From Propionibacteriaceae bacterium (GTDB taxonomy: Bacteria > Actinomycetota > Actinomycetes > Propionibacteriales > Propionibacteriaceae), in contig JAIRQE010000015.1 of NCBI GenBank assembly GCA_031256725.1, positions 1 through 32,000 on the forward strand: 32,000 nucleotides of DNA, written 5' to 3'. Made by a program: the position numbers and the translations under genes. The notes beneath the pieces are model-generated. The model was not told where the DNA came from. It made no database searches and saw only the letters and a program-made list of their open reading frames with translations. This document shows positions 1 to 4,792 of this stretch, in pieces (position 1 is the stretch's first letter; each line of letters starts with the position of its first letter).

Positions 1-41
1 ACTACGCAGGTCAAGCACCCGCCCTCGTCCACAACGCAGGA
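1..41. repeat. Left copy of a 41-bp inverted repeat encoding the HINT-domain end
   Basis: The reverse complement of nt 1-41 matches 1093-1133 at 40 of 41 positions. The single mismatch changes Ala to Val. The left copy is cut by the window edge, so the true repeat may be longer. Confidence 0.85.
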
Positions 42-161
42 GAAGAGTACCAAGCACCTGAAATCTATATAAATGCAAGAGGACAGATGACAAATGGGTC
101 AAGTACCATTAACTCACACTGGACAAGATTAAGGAGATTCATGGAAATCCTGATGAGATAA
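1..161 (+). CDS. 3' end of a polymorphic-toxin gene (5' part outside the window): last block of a pretoxin-HINT domain plus a short tail
   Basis: Reading from nt 3 gives YAGQAPALVHNAG-EEYQAPEIYINARGQMTNGSSTINSHWTRLRRFMEILMR*, with the stop at 159-161. The block YAGQAP.LVHN is the typical C-terminal block of Hint/PT-HINT domains. The same block recurs inverted at 1093-1133. Confidence 0.55.
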   Translation, partial: YAGQAPALVHNAGEEYQAPEIYINARGQMTNGSSTINSHWTRLRRFMEILMR

Positions 162-292
162 GAACAGGGTTCTGGAGTGGGCTTGGGGAAGAATTACCCA
201 ATGGAAGTAATGCTCGCGGTCCAGCGAGGTTCATCATACGCGGTAGTGATGTGGTGGTGACAGATCTTAGCGGAAATTTTGTAACTATTTAA
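113..292 (+). pseudogene. Out-of-frame continuation of the toxin tip, with no start codon of its own
   Basis: This frame is open from 113 to TAA at 290-292: LTLDKIKEIHGNPDEIRTGFWSGLGEELPNGSNARGPARFIIRGSDVVVTDLSGNFVTI*. It begins right after an in-frame TAA (110-112) and has no ATG/GTG/TTG near its 5' end, so it reads as the continuation of feature 1 after a -1 shift near 105-115. ARGPARFIIRG...TD..GNF.TI faintly resembles the C-terminal strands of barnase/RNase Sa-type RNases, but no catalytic His is evident. Confidence 0.35.
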
Positions 293-307
293 AGGGTGGG
301 GTAAACA

Positions 308-664
308 ATGGAAGTGTCAGCGCTGCCACAAGTATCTGGCCATGAAAAGGAACTAGATATTATGCAAAATGAAAATGCTTTTCTCGATTATGTAATTTCA
401 GTAGCGGAGGGGGAGGGAAAGTTGTTTGTTTTGGACTGTGGTGAAGGCAGGGATTTTGTTGACCCTAAGACTGGATGGTATATAGAAGATCTGAGTGGAT
501 GGCTGATTCATCCTCAAGATAAAGATCGGTTTGCGCAGTCGAGAAAGGATGGCACTGCCTACAAGTCGTTTAGTGATTGCTATAATTTTGTAGTATGGTC
601 CCTTGACTCAACTGGGAATATAAAGGTGTCTTTCCAAAGATTCAAATATCAAGAAATGCAGTGA
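308..664 (+). CDS. Hypothetical small protein; candidate immunity protein for the adjacent toxin tip
   Basis: 118-aa ORF that starts 16 nt after the toxin-tip stop, on the same strand, in AT-rich sequence, preceded by a purine-rich GGGTGGGG. The call rests on position only (toxin followed by immunity); I recognise no family. Confidence 0.45.
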   Translation: MEVSALPQVSGHEKELDIMQNENAFLDYVISVAEGEGKLFVLDCGEGRDFVDPKTGWYIEDLSGWLIHPQDKDRFAQSRKDGTAYKSFSDCYNFVVWSLDSTGNIKVSFQRFKYQEMQ

Positions 665-764
665 CTGTCAGGGGCGTTCCGTTTTAGTGGCTCCTCTCAG
701 ATTAGGTGGGGGTGGGAGGGGACACGCTGAGTGGGGTGGTGGTGGAAGGGGGTCGTGTCCTTGA

Positions 765-986
765 AGAATTGATGGTGATAAATACGTCAATGGGAGACCG
801 AAAGTGAATGGTGAAACTGTGCAGGGGCATCACACCTATCCGATTGCGCAACATCCTCATTTAGCTCATCGAGGCGAAGGAATCTGGCCTGCTACTGCCC
901 GTGAACACCTGGCGGGTTGGCACGGCGGAAAATACACTAACAGCACGCCAGGCGTACCCATCAATCCCACTATAGTAGATTTCTAG
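765..986 (+). pseudogene. Orphan HNH (colicin-DNase / GHH-type) nuclease toxin-tip fragment
   Basis: The frame is open from 765, directly after a TGA: RIDGDKYVNGRPKVNGETVQGHHTYPIAQHPHLAHRGEGIWPATAREHLAGWHGGK... This aligns by eye with the colicin E9 HNH motif [33 protein letters not shown] (HH..PI.Q, then .I...T...H....H.GK). Only about 74 codons remain. There is no credible start, and the upstream part of the domain is missing or in another frame. Confidence 0.55.
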
Positions 987-1265
987 AAAGGCATTGTTGT
1001 GATAGAAGTTCGAGCCACACACGACACCACCAGTAACGGTTCTTCAAAAGATCAGAGATTACCTCTCCAGGTTTGAGTGGTTTGTAGTTTTGTCCTGCGT
1101 TGTGGACGAGGACGGGTGCTTGACCTGCGTAGTAGGTGTGGTAGTCCTTGACCTCGAAGTTATATACAGTGATGGGAGAATCTTGTGGGTTGATAATGGC
1201 TTGGTGAACGATCACTGGTTCACCAGTAATTCCATGTAGCTGGTCTCCTGGTTGTAGGTCTTGGG
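970..1265 (-). pseudogene. Orphan 3' fragment of a HINT-domain toxin gene (C-terminal half of the HINT domain plus a 40-aa tip)
   Basis: C-terminal part of ORF 970..1779: HAQDLQPGDQLHGITGEPVIVHQAIINPQDSPITVYNFEVKDYHTYYAGQAPVLVHNAG-QNYKPLKPGEVISDLLKNRYWW... This has the Hint-domain signature (DL.PGD.L ... VYN..V.. HTYY ... LVHN). No toxin N-terminus precedes it. The boundary near 1265 is approximate. Confidence 0.55.
1093..1133. repeat. Right, inverted copy of the 41-bp HINT-end repeat
   Basis: tcctgcgttgtggacgaggacgggtgcttgacctgcgtagt is the reverse complement of nt 1-41 with one mismatch. Confidence 0.85.
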
Positions 1266-1704
1266 CGTGGACGTAGGCGGGCTTGACGTTGACGATCTTC
1301 GTCCGCACGACCTCGCCCGCCTTCGGCGCTTCGCGGAAGCCGAGTTTCCACCACGAGTTCGCATCCGACGGCGTGGCCGACGCGAACCGGGCCGTGACCG
1401 GCGCTTGGATCATGTAGCCACGCTGACCGCGCTCAACCGACCGGCCCAGCGACTCCCACTGCCGGAACCCGGCCACGTAGCTGGGCCACGGTTCAGTGAT
1501 GGAACCGGCTGCGTACCGCTCGGCGTGCTGGGCGTAGATGAGCAGAGTGTTGGCGAAGCTCCGGGAGCGGAACTGGGCGGCGAACGTCATCACCCTGATC
1601 CAGTCCTCGCCCGTGACCAGGCCCTCCACCGCTGCCGTCAGCCGCTCATGCAGAGCCTCCAACTTCGCCTCGCGTTCACTGCCCCACTCCGGGTTCGACA
1701 CCAT
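1266..1704 (-). pseudogene. ArdC-like (antirestriction, ssDNA-binding N-terminal domain) gene fragment, fused in frame to the HINT fragment
   Basis: ATG at 1704 is preceded by AAGGAGG. The translation is MVSNPEWGSEREAKLEALHERLTAAVEGLVTGEDWIRVMTFAAQFRSRSFANTLLIYAQHAERYAAGSITEPWPSYVAGFRQWESLGRSVERGQRGYMIQAPVTARFAS...VKPAYV. From memory this matches the ArdC N-terminal domain proteins of actinobacterial conjugative elements. The C-terminal metalloprotease part is absent. The segment is visibly GC-rich: 40 of 60 G+C in line 1321-1380, against 26 of 60 in line 1141-1200. Confidence 0.55.
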
Positions 1705-1814
1705 GAGACCTCCTTGGGAAACGTGCGAACATCTAGTAGGTGCGGGAGTGTTCCCACAGAGAAACGTCAGATCTGCCATTTAGAATGGTTTTGATGTGCG
1801 AGGTAGGAGACTCA

Positions 1815-3137
1815 ATGACCGAATCTGGCCGTACGGCGATGATGCTGGAGGTCGCACGCCCGCTCGCTGTTGATCTGTTCGCCGGGGCTGGAGGGCTGTC
1901 ACTCGGTCTTGAGCAAGCGGGTTTCGATGTGGCCGCTTCTGTGGAGTACGACCCCATCCACGCTGCCGTGCACGAGTACAACTTCCCGTACTCAACGACG
2001 TTCTGCCGTGACGTGACGACGATGACTGGCGATGAGATCAGGGAGGGTTCTTCCATAGGTTCGCGAGAGATCGAGATCGTTGCGGGTGGCCCTCCTTGTC
2101 AGGGGTTCTCGATGATTGGCAAGCGCGCCCTAGATGATCCAAGGAACGCACTACTAGCCGAGTTCGCACGCCTGGTCATCGAGTTAAAACCGCGCTATTT
2201 CCTCTTGGAAAACGTGGCCGGGCTTACGGTCGGCAACCATCGCCAGCTACTCGACGAGGTCATTGAAATGATGGGATCGGCGGGTTACGACACGTTGCTG
2301 CCGTATAAAGTTTTGCAGGCAGCAGATTTTGGCACACCTCAGTCGCGAAAGCGGCTGATCTTGATGGGCGCAAGGCAAGGACTCACGGTTCCTCAATACC
2401 CGAAACCACTGTGCGCTCCAAGGCGAATTAACGGGTCGTTTCCGTCAGTCACACTGTTCCCCAACATGCTGATTGGACCTTCTGTGGCTGATGCATTGGG
2501 AGATTTACCTGATGCAGATCAGTTCGACGAATTGTTAGCAGATGATTATGTGCGCGCGAACTTTGGCAATCCTTCCGCCTATGCTGCCCCTCTTCGAGCA
2601 ATGGTAAGAGAAGACGACGACTATTCCCGCTCCAGAGACTTCCCCCCAGACGTGCTGACATCTTCGACTCGCACTGTTCACACGCCAGTGTCGATCCAGA
2701 GATTCGCCGCAACCGCACCAGGAACAACAGAGAAGGTGTCTCGATTCCTTCGGTTGCATCCAGACGGAATCTCCAACACGCTCAGGGCCGGTACAGCCTC
2801 AGACAGGGGTGCATACACCGCCCCACGCCCCATTCACCCAACGTTACCGAGAGTTTTGACTGTTAGGGAAGCCGCCAGACTTCACGGTTACCCGGACTGG
2901 TTTCGATTCCACGTCACCAAGTGGAACGGCTTCCGACAGATCGGAAACAGTGTCCCACCGAAACTTGGGCGCGCCATCGGATCATCAGTACTCAGCGCAG
3001 AAGGGATGACACCCACGAAAGGAGAACTGACTCACCTCGGTGACCCTGCTCTACTGTCTTTCAACGCCACCGAGGCGCAGCGGTACTTTGGCATTGACCA
3101 CCGAGTCATCCCCCAGCGAAACAGAAAGGCTGTGTGA
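1815..3137 (+). CDS. dcm: DNA (cytosine-5)-methyltransferase
   Basis: The C5-MTase motifs are all present in order: I DLFAGAGGLSLG, IV GGPPCQGFS, VI ENV, VIII QSRKRLILMG, IX TVREAARLHGYPDWF, X GNSVPP. A variable region of about 190 aa lies between VIII and IX. I chose the ATG at 1815 because AGGAGA lies 4 nt upstream; the ORF is open from 1740. Confidence 0.9.
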   Translation: MTESGRTAMMLEVARPLAVDLFAGAGGLSLGLEQAGFDVAASVEYDPIHAAVHEYNFPYSTTFCRDVTTMTGDEIREGSSIGSREIEIVAGGPPCQGFSMIGKRALDDPRNALLAEFARLVIELKPRYFLLENVAGLTVGNHRQLLDEVIEMMGSAGYDTLLPYKVLQAADFGTPQSRKRLILMGARQGLTVPQYPKPLCAPRRINGSFPSVTLFPNMLIGPSVADALGDLPDADQFDELLADDYVRANFGNPSAYAAPLRAMVREDDDYSRSRDFPPDVLTSSTRTVHTPVSIQRFAATAPGTTEKVSRFLRLHPDGISNTLRAGTASDRGAYTAPRPIHPTLPRVLTVREAARLHGYPDWFRFHVTKWNGFRQIGNSVPPKLGRAIGSSVLSAEGMTPTKGELTHLGDPALLSFNATEAQRYFGIDHRVIPQRNRKAV

Positions 3138-3832
3138 CCAGCATGGCTGAGACAACCAACCGGTACGCGACGCTGATCGAGTGGGTCTTCTTCAGGAACT
3201 ATATCGAGGGTGCTTCGCAGGTGCCCTGGGAACGAAAAGAACTTGAGGAGGGCGCCAAAGAACTCGGAATCGAATTGCCCAAAAACCTTGGCGACGTCAT
3301 TTATTCAGTTCGTTACCGGACTTCCCTGCCCGACACCGTCATCGCCAAGGCACCCGAAGGTAAACACTGGATAATCCGAGGTGCGGGGAAGGCTCGGTAT
3401 GAATTTGTGGCGTCCGCAGTCGCTAGGGTGCTCCCTCGTGTTGACCTGATTGTGACAAAGGTACCTGACGCTACTCCTGAGATCATCCGGTCATCGGCTC
3501 TAGGTGATGAACAGGCTTTGTTGGCTCTGGTTCGCTATAACAGGCTCATTGACATCTTCCTTGGTGTTGCTGCGTACTCGTTGCAGAACCACTTACGAAC
3601 AACCGCTCCTGGGATCGGACAAGTTGAGGTGGATGAGGTTTACGTGGCCGTTGATCGCTACGGCACGCAGTACGTTCTCCCTGTTCAAGCCAAAGGTGGG
3701 AAAGACGAATTGGGCGTAACCCAGGCTGAGCAGGATATCGCCGTGTGCGCCGCCAAGTTCCCAGAACTCGTGCCCTTCAGCGAAATCACCCCACAGGACA
3801 GGGCTATCTACAGCCGCATGTCTCAGCGGTAG
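3134..3832 (+). CDS. Putative restriction endonuclease partner of the methyltransferase (PD-(D/E)XK-like); possibly 3'-truncated
   Basis: The GTG at 3134 overlaps the dcm stop (GTGA); an alternative ATG lies at 3143. The segment EVDEVYVAVDRYGTQYVLPVQAKGG fits a D...(E/Q)xK nuclease core. The protein resembles a family I recall as linked to Dcm-type methylases (LPKNLGDVIYS.RYR, LRYNRLIDIF, YSLQNHLRT). The ORF ends where coherent coding signal disappears. Confidence 0.5.
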   Translation: MTSMAETTNRYATLIEWVFFRNYIEGASQVPWERKELEEGAKELGIELPKNLGDVIYSVRYRTSLPDTVIAKAPEGKHWIIRGAGKARYEFVASAVARVLPRVDLIVTKVPDATPEIIRSSALGDEQALLALVRYNRLIDIFLGVAAYSLQNHLRTTAPGIGQVEVDEVYVAVDRYGTQYVLPVQAKGGKDELGVTQAEQDIAVCAAKFPELVPFSEITPQDRAIYSRMSQR

Positions 3833-4428
3833 TAGCATGCACAACTGGCGCTCCACACAGACCCCTTCAGTGATGAGGTGAGCCTTCATTCTTTGCCAAC
3901 AGCAGGTGCATAGTGCTTTGTTGACAGAGAGGGGTGGTGCGGTCGTAGCCGCACTTGTTGCAGGCATGGCAGTACGAACTCAGTCGCAGTTGTCTACAGC
4001 GATAGTCGCCGCGTACTAGTCGCGCCTACCTGATAAGAAAGTCCTAGAAGCGAAGCTTCGTGAACTCAGCGAGATTGCGGAACTGGAAGTCTCCGAGGAT
4101 CAGGAGCGCCAACAGCCTTCAATCGATAAGTAGAAGGGGAACTGACGTCACCAAATTGAGATTTGGTCTACTTCTCGTTGCGTACGCCCTTGTGCTGGTC
4201 TGGACTGCCGCTCATGATCCTCCCAGTCTCGGCGTTACGCTTGAACCAGGTTCCATTATGCTTGAACTCCGAGCAGGACCTGATTGCCCCGACCCGATGC
4301 CCGTGGCCAGTGTTCTTTACCATGAGAGCTACCTCCATATCGTTTGTAGCGAGGTGCCTTGGCGGCATCTCGTCCTCTCACCCAGTAGTCGATTGAGAGA
4401 ACGGATTGTTTGGTTTGCAACAATATAG

Positions 4429-4656
4429 GATATCTATGCACTCGTCGCCGTGGGGAAGCTGGATGCGAGAGCAGAGTACCTTGTCCCCTTAGATCCCAAC
4501 CCCATCATCCATGGGGATACTAGCGACTGTCTCATCGCCGACATCACAGACTGTGAGCATGATTATCAGATTGGTGATCTTGTACTTTTCCGACCGAAAT
4601 ATCACTCTTTGCTTGGAGCCATGAATTCCCTCTACGTAAAGAAGATAATTATATAG
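4429..4656 (+). pseudogene. 3' remnant of an alanine-racemase-fold (YhfX/ornithine-racemase-like) PLP enzyme gene
   Basis: The frame is open from 4429, after a TAG: DIYALVAVGKLDARAEYLVPLDPNPIIHGDTSDCLIADITDCEHDYQIGDLVLFRPKYHSLLGAMNSLYVKKIII*. From memory the pattern (..GxxDv..L.P....i.G.SSDh.i.Di......vGD...F...Y..ll.am.s.yv.k) matches the C-terminal beta-domain of that family. About 300 N-terminal codons are missing. The segment is AT-rich. Confidence 0.45.
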
Positions 4657-4659
4657 ATA

Positions 4660-4772
4660 GTGTCAGGTAGGAGGAGTGGGATAGGTCTATTCTAGATGCG
4701 CTCACGCAGTTGTTTCCTTTGGAAACAACTCCTCCGTTCGGGGATACGATCCAGAACAGACCTACCTGACAC
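4660..4772. repeat. Copy A of a roughly 115-bp structured intergenic repeat (conserved core, copy-specific outer stem)
   Basis: The outer arm GTGTCAGGTAGG (4660-4671) pairs with CCTACCTGACAC (4761-4772). The inner hairpin is gttgtttcc-tttg-ggaaacaac. The core, from tctattc to gaacaga, is identical to copy B at 56 of 71 positions in my hand alignment. It lies 21 nt downstream of the glgP stop. Confidence 0.8.
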
Positions 4773-4792
4773 ACCATTTTGCTTAGAGCATT

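Noticed and set aside
706-760. G-run cluster (GGTGGGGGTGGGAGGGG...GTGGGGTGGTGGTGGAAGGGGG) as a potential G-quadruplex, with a 7-bp stem ggacacg/cgtgtcc
   Set aside because: One loop would be 11 nt. The tract is more simply explained as the degraded Gly/Trp-rich upstream part of the HNH toxin-tip remnant. There is no independent support.
1740-1814. Upstream extension of the methyltransferase ORF, and the ORFs 1261..1794, 1733..2056 and 1780..1995
   Set aside because: Motif I lies shortly after the ATG at 1815, which has a good RBS. The other ORFs are out-of-frame or antisense readings of the GC-rich ArdC/dcm region.
3840-3990. Minus-strand Cys-rich fragment (YCHACNKCGYDRTTPLCQ) suggesting a zinc-ribbon or transposase remnant
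   Set aside because: It is only about 35 codons between stops, with no start, no RBS and no second half of a ribbon. I treated it as debris.
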